From the human T2T-CHM13v2.0 reference genome, Homo sapiens, in NCBI RefSeq assembly GCF_009914755.1, contig NC_060926.1: 64,000 nucleotides of DNA, one strand, 5' to 3'. This document shows positions 1 through 24,059 of this stretch, in pieces. The notes below the pieces were generated by a model, which was given only the letters and a program-made list of their open reading frames with translations, made no database searches and was not told the DNA's origin. Made by a program: the position numbers and the translations under genes. Position 1 is the first letter of the stretch. Each line of letters starts with the position of its first letter.

Positions 1-46
1 GGCAACAAGAGTGAAACTCCGTCTCAAAAATAAACAAATAATAAAA
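1..46 (+). mobile_element. Alu 3' end
   Basis: ggcaacaagagtgaaactccgtctc plus A tail. Confidence 0.9.
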
Positions 47-260
47 ACAGTTCAGTAGTTAGAGTAACCAGGAATATTCATGGAGTAATTTAAAGGTGCA
101 GAAAGCTATCAGGTACCAAAACAGCTATTTTTATTGGCCTAATATTGTGTTTGTGCTTCACATCATCAAATAATCTTTTGGGTTGGATCTAGTATTTTAA
201 ATAGAAGGCCTTGTTAAAGCAGAATATGAGTTTGTGAAGGCACACATTGTTTGTCTCCAG

Positions 261-335
261 ATTAATTCAATGTGTTAGCGAAGTGTCCTGGAGCAGGATC
301 TCGTGTCAATCCATGGGACAACTATCCTTAAAAGG
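261..335 (+). pseudogene. Relic exon, phase 0-0: INSMC*RSVLEQDLVSIHGTTILKR
   Basis: Acceptor ttgtttgtctccag; weak donor AGG/gtgctg; 75 nt. Confidence 0.45.
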
Positions 336-437
336 GTGCTGGGCCACTTTTACCTATATGCCTAGGGAACTTTTGCTTGTGGAAAACATGACCTACTCCC
401 ATAGGCTGTTGTCACCTTAAATAATACTTTATTTTAG

Positions 438-504
438 GGATGGAAGAGATTTGGGGTATCCTTTTCATTTGGACTCATATGCATATGCGTAACCTTACAA
501 TCTG
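438..504 (+). pseudogene. Relic exon, phase 0-1: GWKRFGVSFSFGLICICVTLQS
   Basis: Acceptor cttttattttag; donor CTG/gtatgt; open frame. Confidence 0.65.
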
Positions 505-1107
505 GTATGTTACAGGATACCATTGCAGTTTTCTACCGAGCCCACTATGTAATATTCAAAATTATACCTGAATGTCCTTAGAGAAAATGTGATAACCTGG
601 GAAAAATGTGTAATAATAACCTGCTGAACCTTTTAATAATGACTTGCCACAAGTAAAATATTCTCATTTACACCTATACCTATCTAATCTACCTGGTTTA
701 CATCCTTCTCTGCGAAACAGCTAGTAAACTAGTGATTAATCTTCCTCTTTATTCTACAACATCTTTCAGACCAAAGGCCAAATTTTATATTTTAGCAGGT
801 TTCATTTTATTGATATATTATTACTCACTTTTTCAAAATTGAATCATTGCTGTACTGAGAAATACCAAAAAGTATAATATGATCCCTGCCTTCCCTTACC
901 CAACAATTTCCTGGGTTGGCCTTGTCTCCTCCATGCCTATCCAGGAAATTGTTGCATTCAAGTAAGATGACATGTAAGGGCCCAAGTAAGTGGTAAATTA
1001 CATGCTCAATATGTGTTTGAAGAGCCAAAGAAGACTTCAGTTGAGGAAATGATGTTGAACAGGGTCTCGAAAAGATGTATGAGACATCAATAGAAAAAGT
1101 GAAGAGA

Positions 1108-2620
<1,513 letters not shown>

Positions 2621-2753
2621 GGTTAATGAAAAATCTCAGGGAATGTGCAGCTGACAAAGGGTCCTGCCTTTATAAGTTTTAAAAATAGAAAAATTTTTAT
2701 ATATTGTCTTGTTATTATATCATGTGTTCAAATTTTTGGTTCCGAAAATATAG

Positions 2754-2812
2754 GTAGACAACTTTCACCTATGGTCTCTGCAGAAATGCTTCAAGAATTG
2801 AGCCTTCCCTGG
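2754..2812 (+). pseudogene. Relic exon, phase 1-0: GRQLSPMVSAEMLQELSLPW
   Basis: Acceptor aaatatag; donor TGG/gtaagt; open and in phase with neighbours. Confidence 0.65.
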
Positions 2813-2944
2813 GTAAGTCACTCAGAAATTCAGTTCAATCTTTTTAAATGAATGTGTTATGAGACCAACTTGTTGCACACAGCATTTGTACTAGGAAATT
2901 TTGATGAAGTGGCCCTGTGCCTGTACTGTAAAATGAGCATGGAA

Positions 2945-3271
<327 letters not shown>

Positions 3272-3528
3272 TTAAAAGGAAAAATGTGTCCTGAAATGGT
3301 GGGTGCTGGAAAGATGGAGAGGGGGTTCTATCAATTGTAGATATGTGATCTTCCAAGGACAGCTCCCTTCTCTTGCCCAGTGCTTCCCTTTCCCATCAAG
3401 TCCTCAACTAGCTAACTTTCCAACCCTGGAGCTGTTCCATTCCTGTCTACTTACTTAGAAAAGGTGACAAAACCTCAAAACTATTTCCTATTCAAGGAAA
3501 CAAGCATCCCTTATTTGTATGTATGTTT

Positions 3529-3530
<2 letters not shown>

Positions 3531-3573
<43 letters not shown>

Positions 3574-3814
3574 AGACAGAGTCTTGTTCTGTCGCCCAGG
3601 CTGGAGGGCAGTGGCGCCATCCTCCCGAGTAGCTAGGACTACAGGCATCCGCCACCATGCCTGGCTATTTTTTTTTTTTTTTTTTTTTGTATTTTTAGTA
3701 GAGATGGGGTTTCACCGTGTTAGCCAAAATGGTCTCGATCTCCTGATCTCGTGATCCTCCCACCTCGGCCTCCCAAAGTGCTGGGATTACAGCCGTGAGC
3801 CACTGCGCCCGGCC
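3531..3814 (-). mobile_element. AluY-like with internal deletion
   Basis: Long poly(T); part of the right arm missing. Confidence 0.9.
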
Positions 3815-3989
3815 TATTTAAGTTTTTTTTGAAATTGTGATAAATGGGACAGATAAAAGGGAAGTTTTCCTTTGTTACCAACTTTTTCAATGATGATTGA
3901 ACTAATCAATCGTTTATATAAAATGTCATGGAAAATATGCTTAAATTCCTAAGGAAAAAAATATTTAAGGAAATGCATTATTCTCTTTA

Positions 3990-4463
<474 letters not shown>

Positions 4464-5032
4464 TCACTTTTAGAAAAGTAAAATTTTTTTTATAAAGTAA
4501 GTAAAAACTACTACATCTCCTTGTCTTAACTTCCACTACTCTTTCTTAGCTGAGTTTCAAAACCCCACTGTAACCTTGGTCTTCCTTTTTTTATATAGTT
4601 TCTCCCTTCTCCAAGCAATTTTATACTTTGCTGCAAGTCATCTTTCTCAATGCTCTTACCAGCACACCGGGTTCAACCTACTCAACCTCAAATTCCAAGT
4701 TTCCTACCATATAGTAGCCATGTACCTTCCCAAACGTATCTTACTCTATCTCTACTTCACACTTTATTAAGCTGCTTATATATTTCCTTACTAAATTGTC
4801 AGCCTTTTGCATCAGGGAGGGAGTCTTAACAGTTTTTTCTGTTCCTGAAGTACCAATATATAATTTAATGCTATTATGATACCAAAATAGTCTTTTTATT
4901 TTAAAGTGCATTCTCATTTAACCTCTATTAACCAGGCTTCTTAGTCCATCTGAGTCACTCAATGTGCTGGAAAGTAATTTAACTGCAGGCAATTTATTTA
5001 GTTATTCTGTGAGATTTGTGCACATCTTTCAG

Positions 5033-5152
5033 GTTAAAAAGGACAAAATAATAAGCACTGAGGGAATATATGAATGTGCAATATATACAGAGAACTTTAA
5101 ATGAGTACCAGTATTACCTGCATTCAACACCATGGTTTCAGAAAGAGTGAAG
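5033..5152 (+). pseudogene. Relic exon, 120 nt, phase 0-0: VKKDKIISTEGIYECAIYTENFK*VPVLPAFNTMVSERVK
   Basis: Acceptor catctttcag; donor AAG/gtaagt; single TGA at 5102. Confidence 0.7.
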
Positions 5153-5299
5153 GTAAGTTTGAAAAATAGGTCTTTCTTCAATGCTTTTACTTTTTTGTTT
5201 TTTGCTACAGTGTTTCTATTCCTTACTTTTTCAATTATGTTAATAAAACACTAAAATCACCATTTCTCTGGTGCTCAGGGGCAAGTCTCTGCACCACCT

Positions 5300-5318
5300 T
5301 GACCACTAGGTGGCTCTC
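5300..5318 (+). promoter_or_regulatory. CTCF-binding motif
   Basis: tgaCCACTAGGTGGCtct matches the CTCF core consensus; lies in non-repeat DNA. Confidence 0.6.
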
Positions 5319-5426
5319 TCGTTTCATGTTCTAGTAACTGGGGGCCTCTTCATTCTTTTCAAAGGATAGGTATCTCTGTTGTAGAATTTGGTTCATAACA
5401 TTTTCTTTTCTTTTTCTTTTTCTTTT

Positions 5427-5427
<1 letters not shown>

Positions 5428-5459
<32 letters not shown>

Positions 5460-5927
5460 AGGCAGAGTCTAGCTCTGTCACCCAGGCTGGAGTGCAGTGG
5501 CACCATCTCGGCTCACTGCAACCTCTCTGCCTCCCTGTGGCTCAAGCAATTCTGCCTCAGCCTCCTCAGTAGCTGGGACTGCAGGTGTGCGCCACCACAC
5601 CTGGCTAATTTTTGTATTTGTATTTTTTTTTTCATTTTTCAAGACAGTGTCTCACTCTGTTGCCCAGGCTGGAGTGCAGTGGCACGATCTCAGCTCCCAG
5701 GACCTGCAACCTCCACCTCCCAGGTTCAAGTGATTTTTTGTGCCTCAGCCTTCCGAGTAGCTTGGGTTACAGGCGTGCACCACCATGCCCAGCTAATTTT
5801 TGTATTTTTAGTAGAGATGGGGTTTCACCATTTTGGCCAGGCTGGTCTCAGACCTGACCTCAGTTGATCTGCCCACTTCAGCCTCCCAAGGTACTGGGAT
5901 TATAGGCGTGAGCCACCATGCCCAGTC
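5428..5927 (-). mobile_element. Alu arm plus full Alu
   Basis: Two right arms and one left arm. Confidence 0.88.
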
Positions 5928-6130
5928 AACATTTTCTTACTGATTATGAATACTTAGTAGGACAGGCTCTGTAAACACCATTTAAAGAGTCCAGTGCTTT
6001 CCATGGGCTGAGAAGGTTTGGGCTTGGCAGAAAGCCTACTGGTAACTCCTCTCCAGGACAATGCAAATACCAAAGCCAGGCCTGAATAAGCATGACTCTG
6101 CTACCTTATGACTTCACTTTCGTCCCACAG

Positions 6131-6167
6131 TAAAATATAATTTATAATTTCTGAGACATCAGAAGAG
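6131..6167 (+). pseudogene. Relic exon, phase 0-1: *NIIYNF*DIRR
   Basis: Acceptor cactttcgtcccacag; donor GAG/gtgtct; bridges the phases of the flanking exons. Confidence 0.5.
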
Positions 6168-6300
6168 GTGTCTGTATAGTCATTCAGACATTTTCATGGA
6201 ACCCTAACATTTGCCAGGATTCTATCAAAGTTTAGCAGAGTTCCATGAAAGCCTTTTATGTGCAAAGTTAGGCTTTAGGGTTTTAAAAAACCATTATTGA

Positions 6301-7300
<1,000 letters not shown>

Positions 7301-7956
7301 AACTCTGGCTTTCTTGATACTTAATTTTTTAAATAGGTTTAGTCAGTACAGGTGCTATTTTGCTACACGAATATATTACATAGTGGTGAAGACTGGGCTT
7401 TTAATGTACCCATTGCCCAAATAGTGTACATTATACCTATTAAGTAATTATTCATCAGTTACCCTCTTCCCACCCAATGTCTATTATTCCACTTTCTGTG
7501 TCCATGTGTACACATTATTTAGCTTCTACCCAGAAGTGAGAGCATGCTGTATCTGACTTTCTGTCTCTGAGTTATTTCACCTAAGATAATGACCTAGTCT
7601 AGTTGCATCCATGTTGCTACAAAAGATAAGATTTCATTTTTATTTATGGCTGAGTAGTAGTCCATGGATTCCATATCTTTGTTATTATGAATAGTGCTGA
7701 GATAAACATACAAGTGAAGATATCTATTGGTATAATTTTTTTTCTTTTAGGTAGATACCAAGTAGTGAGATTGTTGAGTTGAATGGTAGTTCTATTTTTA
7801 GTTCTTTGAGAAGTCTCCATATTGTTTTCCATAGAAGTTGTACTAGTATACATTTCCACCAACAGCGTATAAGTGTTCCTATTCTCCACATCATCACCAA
7901 CATCTGTTGGTTTTTTATTTTTCAATAATAGCTATTCTGACTGGTGACACATTGTG

Positions 7957-9301
7957 TTTGTTTTTTTTGTTTTTTGTTTTTTTTTAATGGAGATGGGATT
8001 CTTGCTGTGTTGCCCAGGCTGGTCTTGAACTCCTGGTCTCAAGCAATCCTCCCACCTCATCCTCCCAAAGTGCCAGTATGATCATTGTAGTTTTAATGTG
8101 CATTTCTCTGATAATTAGTATTCTTGATTATTTTTCATGTTAGTCACATGTATGTCTTCTTTTGAAAAATGCTGATGGATGTGGTGGCTCATGCCTGTAA
8201 TCCCAGCACTTTGGGAGGCTGAAGCAGAAAGATCACTTGAAGTCAGGAGTTCAAGACCAGCCTGGCCAACATGGTGAAACCTCCTCTACTAAAAACGCAA
8301 AAATTAGCCGGCGTGGCAGCAGGCGCCTGTAATCACAACTGCTTGGGGGGCTGAGGCAAGAGAATCACTTGAACCTGGGAAGCGGAGATTGCAGTGAGGC
8401 GCTGAGTTGGTGCCACTGCACTCCAGTCTGGGTGACAGAAGGAGACCCTATCTGAAAGGAAAGAGAGAGAGGGAGAGGGGAAGAAAAGAGGGAAAGAGAA
8501 AGGGAGGAAGGAAGGAAGGAGAGAGAAAGAAATAGGGAGGAAGGGAGGGAAAGAGGAAGAGAGGGAAGGAGGGAGGAAGGAAGGGGGGAGAGAGAGAAAG
8601 AGGGAGAGAGAGAAGGAAGGAAGGAAAGAAGGATGGAAGGAAGGAAAAGAAAGATGCCTGTTCATTTCCTTTCCCAACTTTCTAATGGGGCTATTTGTTG
8701 ATGATGTTTTTTTTTTCTGGATGAGTTGTTTGAATGCCTTGTAGATTCTGGATATCCACCCTTTGTCAGATGTATAGTTTGCAAATATTTTCTCCCATTC
8801 TGTAGGTTGTCTCTCTCTCTCTTCCACTCCCCTCCTCCCTCCCCTCCCCCCTCCCCTCCCCTCCCCTCCCCCCTCCCCTCCTCTCCCCTCCCCCCCTCCC
8901 CTCCCCTCCCCTCCCCCCTCCCCTCCCCTTCCCTTCCCCCTCCCCTCCCCTTCCCTCCTCTCCCTTCCCCTCCCTTCCCCTCCCCTCCCCTCTCCTCTCT
9001 TCTTTTCTTCTCTTTTCTGACGGGGTCTTGCTTTGTTGTCCAGGCTGGAATTTAGTGGTGTGATCATGGCTCACTGCAACGTTGACCTCCCTAGGGCTCA
9101 AGTTATCCTCCCACCTCAGCTTCCCAAGTAGCTGGAACTGTAGCCATGTGCCACCACATCCAGCTAATCTTTTAATTTTTTTGTAGAGACAGAGTCCCAC
9201 TGTATTGCCCGGGCTTGTCTTGAACTCCTAGGCTCAAGTGATCCTCCCTACTCAGGTTCCCAAAGTTCTGGGATTACAGACGTGAGCCACTGCACCTGGC
9301 C
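7957..9301. mobile_element. Three Alus within L1PB: monomer 7957-8077 (-), 8176-8652 (+, GGAA tail), 8809-9301 (-, CCCCT tract)
   Basis: Alu consensus plus purine/pyrimidine-rich tails. Confidence 0.88.
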
Positions 9302-9439
9302 AATTATTTACTTTGTTGTGCAGAAGCTTTTTAGTTTAATTAGGCCCCATTTGTCTACGTTTATTTTTGTTGCATTTGCTTTTGAGCAAATAAATTTCAA
9401 AATTCTTTGCTTAGGCCAATGTCTAAAAGAGTTTTTTCT

Positions 9440-10026
9440 TGAGAACGGGCCAGGATGACAATGGCGGCCTTGTGGAATAGAAAGGCGGGAAAGGCGGGGA
9501 AAAGATTGAGAAATCAGATGGTTGCCGTGTCTGTGTAGAAGGAAGTAGACATGGGAGACTTTTCATTTTGTTCTGCACTAAGAAAAATTCCTCTGTCTTG
9601 GGATCCTGTTGATCTGTGACCTTACCCCCAACCCTGTGCTCTCTGAAACATGTGCTGTGTCCACTCAGGGTTAAATGGATTAAGGGCGGTGCAAGATGTG
9701 CTTTGTTAAACAGATGCTTGAAGGCAGCATGCTCGTTAAGAGTCATCACCAATCCCTAATCTCAAGTAATCAGGGACACAAACACTGCGGAAGGCCGCAG
9801 GGTCCTCTTCCTAGGAAAACCAGAGACCTTTGTTCACTTGTTTATCTGCTGACCTTCCCTCCACTATTGTCCCATGACCCTGCCAAATCCCCCTCTGTGA
9901 GAAACACCTAAGAATTATCAATAAAAAAATAAATTAAAAAAAAAAAATAAAAAAAAATAAAAATAAAAAAATAAAAACACACCTCACCAAGCTCAGCCAC
10001 CAAAAAAAAAAAAAAAAAAAAAAAAA
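9440..10026 (+). mobile_element. 5'-truncated SVA (SINE-R part) with 3' transduction
   Basis: SINE-R sequence, two poly(A) tracts, TSD aaaagagttttttct at 9425-9439 and 10023-10037. Confidence 0.93.
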
Positions 10027-11352
10027 GAGTTTTTTCTAGGTTTTCTTCCAGGATTTTTATAATTTCAGGTCTTACATTTAAGGATTTAATCCATCTTGAG
10101 TTAATTTTTATTAACTCAAGACAGGGATCCAGTTTCATTCTTCTGCATATGGCAATCCAATTTTGCCAGCACTATTTATTGAATAAGGTATCTTTTTCCC
10201 AGTTTATATTTCTATGAACTTTGTTGAAGATCATTTGGCTGTAGGTGTGTGGCTTTGTTTCTATGTTTTCTATTCTGTTTCATTAATCTAAGTGTCTGTT
10301 TTTACATCAATACTATACTGTTTTGGTGACTCTATCTTGTAGTATAATTTGGAGTCAGGTAAGGTGATGCCTCCAGCTTTGTTATTTTGGCTTATGATTG
10401 CTTTGGCTAGTCCAGCTGTTTTTTGATTCCATATGAACTTTAGGATTGCTTTTTCTAATTCTGTGAAAAATGACATTGGTAATTTGATAGGAATTGCTTT
10501 GAATCTGTAGATTGCTTTGGGTAGTATGGTCATCTTAATGATACTGATTCTTTCAATCCATGAGCATGGGATGTTTCTCCATTTGTTTACTCTACAATTT
10601 CTTTCATCAGTGTTTTATAGTTCTCCTTGTATAGATGTTTCAACTCCTTGGTTAAATGTATTCCCAGGTGTTTTATTCTTCTTTTAACTATTATAAGTAG
10701 GATTGAGTTCTTTATTTGGTTCTCAGCTTGAGCATTATTGGTATATAGAAATGCTACTGATTTTGGTACATTAGTTCATATCCTGAAACTTTACTAAAGT
10801 CATTAATCAAACCCAGGAGTCTTTTGGAGGATTCTTTAGGGTGTTTTAGATAAAAGACCAAATCATCAGCGAACAGATATAATTTTAATTTGGATGCCTT
10901 TTATTTCTTCCTCTTGTCTGATTGCTCTAACTAGGACTTCCAGTACTATATTGAATAGGAATGGTGAAAGTGGGCATCCTTGTCTTGTTCCAGTTCTTAA
11001 GGGAATGCTTTCAACTTTTCCCCATTCAGTATGATGTTGTCTGTGGGTTTGTCATATATGAGTTTTATTATTTTGAGGTAGTTTGTTTGAGGGTTTTTAC
11101 CAGGAAGGGATGCTGAATTTTATCAAATGCGTTTTCTGCCATCATTCGAGAGGGTCATATGGTTTTTTGTTTTTAATTCTGTTTACATGTTGAATCATAC
11201 TTACTGATTTGTGTATGTTGAACCATCCTTGCATCCCTAGAATAAAACCTAGTTATTGTGTTGTATTATCTTTTCAATGTGATGTTGGATTTAGTTTGTT
11301 AGTATTTTGGTGAGGATTTTTACATCTGTGTTCATCAAGAATATTGGCAGGT

Positions 11353-11625
11353 AGGCTCGGTGCGGTGGCTCATGCCTGTAATCCCAGCACTTTGGGAGGC
11401 CAAGGCAGGCGGATCACCTGAGGTCAGGAGTTCATGACCAGCCTGGCCAACATGGTGAAACCCCGTCTCTACTAAAAATACAGCAATTAGCTGGGCGTGG
11501 TCATGGGTGCCTGCAGTGCAGATACTCAGGAGGCTGAGGCAGGAGAATCGCTTGAACCCAGGAGGCAGAGGTTGCAGTGAGCCAAGATTGAGCCACTGCA
11601 CTCCAGCCTGGGCGACAGAGCAAGA

Positions 11626-11691
<66 letters not shown>

Positions 11692-11792
11692 GTGTGTGTA
11701 TACATGTACGTGTGTGTGTATGTATATGTATGTGTGTGTATATGTATGTGTATATACGTATGTGTATATATATGTATATGTATATATATATG
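11353..11792 (+). mobile_element. AluS with a (CT)n(TA)n(TG)n compound microsatellite tail
   Basis: Dimer followed by dinucleotide arrays at 11631-11792. Confidence 0.9.
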
Positions 11793-12317
11793 CATTAGTT
11801 TTTCCTTTTTTGTTGTGTCCTGCTGGCCTTTTGTATCACAGTGTTACTAGCTTTGTAGAATGAGTTAGACAGGATGCCCTTCTCCCCGATTTTTTGGAAC
11901 AGTTTCAGTAGGAGTAGAAGAACTGGTACCAGTTCTTCTTTGTAAGTCTGATAAAATTAGGCTGTAAATCCATCTGGTCCTAGGCCTTTTTTGTTGGGAG
12001 ATTTTTTAATTACTGTTTCAATTTCATGGCTCATTATTGGTCTGTTCAGGATTTTCTATTTCTTCCTGGCTCATTCTTTGAGAGGTTGTATGTTTCCAGG
12101 TATTTATCCATTTCTTCTAGATTTTCTAGTTTGTGCACATATAGATAATCATAGTAGTCTCTGATGATCTTTTTTATTTTGGTGGTATCAGTTGTAATAT
12201 CACCTTTATCATTTCTTACTGTGCTTATATGAATCTTCTTTGTTACTTGGATAATCCAGCTAACAGTCTATCAATTTGTTTATATTTTCAAAGAATCTTT
12301 TCATTTCATTGATCCAT

Positions 12318-15237
<2,920 letters not shown>

Positions 15238-15939
15238 TAAGTAGAGCATTTAGTCGATTTACATGCAAGGTTAATATTGATATGTGAGGTTTTATTTCTG
15301 TCATAATGTTAATTATTACCTAGTTGCTTTGTAGTCTCAATTGTGTAATAGCTTTATAAGATCTGTGAGTTTTGTACTTTTGTGTGCTTTTATGGTGGCA
15401 AGTATCGTCCTTTCATTTCTATGTTCAGAACTACTTTGATCATTCCTTGTAGGTCTGGTCTAGTGGCAACAAATTCCCTTTATGTTTGCTTTTCTGGGAA
15501 AGACTTTATTTCTCCTTCATTTATGAAACTTAGCTTAGCAGGATACAATATCTTGGCTGGCAGGTTTTTTTCCTTAAGAAGACTGAAAATAGGACCCTAC
15601 TCTCTTCTGGCTTGTAAGATTTCTGCTATGAAGTACTTTATAGGTGATTAGATGCTTCTCTCTTGCTGCTTTTAAAATTTTTTTCCTTCCTAGTGACTTT
15701 GGATAGTCTGATGGCAATATGACTAGTTGAGATTTGTCTTGCAAAGTTCAACAAGGCATGTTGTTCTCTGAGCTTTCTTTAACCTCTCAGTCTTTCTTTA
15801 TGTCTAAGTCTCTAGCAAGACTGGGGAAATTTTCCTGAATTATTTCCTCAAATAGGTTTTAAAAGATTTTTACAGCTGGGTGTGCTGGCTGACACCTGTA
15901 ATCCCAGCACTTTGGGAGGCCAAGGTGGGTGGATCACCT

Positions 15940-18885
<2,946 letters not shown>

Positions 18886-19100
18886 GGCCAGGCGCAGTGG
18901 CTCACGGCTGTTATCCCAGCACTTTGGGAGGCCAAGGCAGGTGGATACAAGGTCAGGCATTTGAGACCAGCCTGGCCAACATAGTGAACCTCCGTCTCTA
19001 CTAAAAATACAAAAAAAAAAAAAAAAAAAAAAAAGCCAGGCTGGTGGCGGGAGCCTGTTGTCCCAGCTACTCGGGAGGCTAAGGCAGGAGAATCACTTCA

Positions 19101-19382
<282 letters not shown>

Positions 19383-20258
19383 TTATTCTCTCTTAGGAAT
19401 ACCTATGATTTATAGGATTGGCCACTTTACATATTCCCATATTTCTTGAAGGCTTTGCTCATTTTTAAAAATTCTTTTTTCTTTATTTTTGTCTGACTGG
19501 GTTAAATTAAAAGACCTGTCTTCTTCTGCTAAATTTCTTTCTTCTGCTTGGTCTAGTCTATTTCTAAGTCTTTCAACTGTGTTTTGTAATTCCTATAATA
19601 CATTTTTCATTTGCAGAAGTTCTGTTTTTTTAAAATATCTATCTTTTTAGTAAATTTTCTTCTTTTTTGTAAATTTTTCATTCATATCCTGTATTGTTTC
19701 TCTAATTTTTTCATGTTGTTTTTTTCACCTTTTCTTGGATCTCATTGAACTTCCTTACAATATATATTTTGAAAATTCTTTGTCTGTAATTTCAGAATTT
19801 TCATTTTGGTTAGTATCTTTTGCTGGAGAGCTAATGTAATCTTTTTAGGTTGTTGAAATACTCTGTTTTCTCATACTGTCAGACTTCTTACATTGGTTCT
19901 TTCTCATCTGGAGAATCTCTCACTACTTGTTTTTGAATTTACTTTTCATTGCATGGGACTTTTAAAAGAATTATCCCCTTCAAGGGTGTGACTGTAATGT
20001 ATGTTGTGAATGGTTGTTTGGCTTCAATTCTGGGTGCTGTCAGGGTGCCAAAGTTCTGTATGAATTCCTTGGTTATAGTTAGCCTTTGTGCAGTGGCTTT
20101 CTCAAGTGCTGGTTGTAGTAACACTGTGCTGGGCATATTAGCAGGCTCACTACCTTCTGCAGAGCTGAGACTGTGGAGGTCTCAGGAAGCTTACCTGGTT
20201 CATAGCGCTGTGCACTTCGGTCAAAAGGTTTTGTATTGGGTTGTGCAGTTCCGTCTCT

Positions 20259-20277
20259 AGACCAGCAGGTGGCGAAT
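20259..20277 (+). promoter_or_regulatory. CTCF-like motif in the L1PB 5' region
   Basis: agaCCAGCAGGTGGCGaat. Confidence 0.45.
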
Positions 20278-21907
20278 ACGGGTAAGAGCCAGATGCCCAG
20301 GGTGTGTGCGTGCTTAATCTTTGTTTACTGGGAGGGGCTGTCTGTTGTCTCAGGCGGTGGGCTGATCTGTGGGTGGACTGATCTGTGGAATGCTGGGTGC
20401 CCTGAGTTCTCTACTTACCCCAGGAAAGGAAGACGAAGCTGGGTGCAGCTGGACTGCTAAGCTCACCTTCGGATACCCCAATGACAGTGGAAGCACAAAC
20501 CCTGATGAGGCTGGTCGGGGGCTTGTGGTGAAAAGCGCTGAGGTTTCCATCACAGGCAGAGAGGGCTGCACCAGCTCTATGTCCTGACCAAGAAGGAATG
20601 CCATCTGCCTCCCAATCACACCCCTGTCCCGAGGCTTTGTGACCCTGAAATAGGCAATGTCGTTTGTCTCTAGGCTGCAATATAGCTGAGGGCCACAGAA
20701 ATGCCTGTCCCAGAGCCCTCCACTGAAACGGCTTCCCGTGGGAACCTCTTCCCTCAGCTGAACACAGACAACTTTGTGGCTTCGTTGATCTCTACTGCAG
20801 GAAAACTGTTGCTCCATGTAGAGAGGGAGAGGGGCCCTACTCTTCATGCAAGCCGGGCCTGGGGTGGTGGGAACACTGCCAGTTGGGGTGCACCCACCCC
20901 TAATAGCCCTGCATTGACCATCCATAGGCACACCTGTGCCAACCCCCCACAGGAACAGCCTGGCTATGTACACAGCAATGATTGTAGGGGAGAAGTCCCC
21001 CTCTCTGTGTCCCTTCTTGAGCACCAATGCTGCCTGCCCACTGGGGTTGAAACACACTCCTCCAGCACCACACCTGCCTCTGCTGCAAGGGGCACAGTCA
21101 CCTTCAGTGCGCAAGCAGGGAGCTCTCAGGCACAGGAGACCCTGTACTCTCGTCTCCTTTGTCCCAAGGGGTGCTTTGGCACGGTGTACACTCCCTTCCC
21201 CTATGGACAGTTTGCCCTGAGGGTTACACCTCCAGCAACGCCACAGCTCCCCCTGGATCCCACTGGCCCTTTGTGGTTGCTACAGCCTGAGGAGGTGCAA
21301 GGGAATGTTTACAGGGGATCCAGTAATGCAGCAACACAAGGGCTGAGACTCCTTGGGCAGGACAGAGGCCCTCAATGGGTGCACAACCAGTATGGCACCC
21401 ACCACCTCAGCTCGGGTCTACGGGCAGGGTGAGCAATCCTGCATGAGCTGGCAACCTGGTGCTCTGCCCGCAAGAAGTTCTCAAATCACTGCTCATACTG
21501 GTGCCAATTCAAGAGGGTAGAGGGGCTCTTCAACAGTTTGGAAACCAGCAGTCTGCTGCAGCAAGGGTGAGTGAAATGAGCTAAAAACATCCCCACCTAC
21601 CCTTTCCACAGGACTGCAAGTCCCTTGGGTATTATCTCTGCCAAACTCTTGCTTCCCTCTTTTTTCTGTGCCCCAACTTCTTCCTGTGGGTTCTGTCACT
21701 CTTCGATCAGTATTCCACTTGGGCCATGATTATTCACCTTTGGTTCTTCTCTCTGAGGAGAACTGGCATCCAATGTTTCTAGTCAGCCATCACTGATCTT
21801 CCTGTTCCTCTTTCCCATATCAATTTCTACTCATGGCTGTTGGATATTTCATATTTCCTCTCCAGATCTACCCTCCCCTCTGCTCTCTGCTACAAGAAGC
21901 TGACTAG

Positions 21908-22512
<605 letters not shown>

Positions 22513-22611
22513 TGATACTTAATTTTTTGAGGAAACAATTTCTAATTACTTTTTCTCCTTATTTTCTCTTCTCTGATACTTTCTACCTAAAAATTGCTTT
22601 CTTACATTCAG

Positions 22612-22667
22612 AATTGTTGAAGAGGCTTCAGTGTCTCTTTGTATATTATCATAATAAAAACAAACAG
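22612..22667 (+). pseudogene. Relic exon, phase 1-0: (E)LLKRLQCLFVYYHNKNKQ
   Basis: Acceptor ctttcttacattcag; donor CAG/gtacta; open frame. Confidence 0.65.
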
Positions 22668-22719
22668 GTACTATTTTCCTATTACTATAAAGCTTTTTGA
22701 GTCTTTAATTTTTCATTAG

Positions 22720-24059
<1,340 letters not shown>

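Noticed and set aside
5102-5104. In-frame TGA codons in relic exons as selenocysteine or readthrough
   Set aside because: TAA/TAG stops, frameshifts and retroelement insertions also occur; ordinary decay explains them.
8333-9200. 244-aa Gly/Arg/Glu-rich ORF and overlapping Pro-rich ORFs
   Set aside because: Low-complexity Alu tails plus an L1 ORF2 fragment.
20350-21432. Overlapping 254-aa and 243-aa ORFs
   Set aside because: Lie in the GC-rich L1PB 5' region where stops are rare; no recognisable domain.
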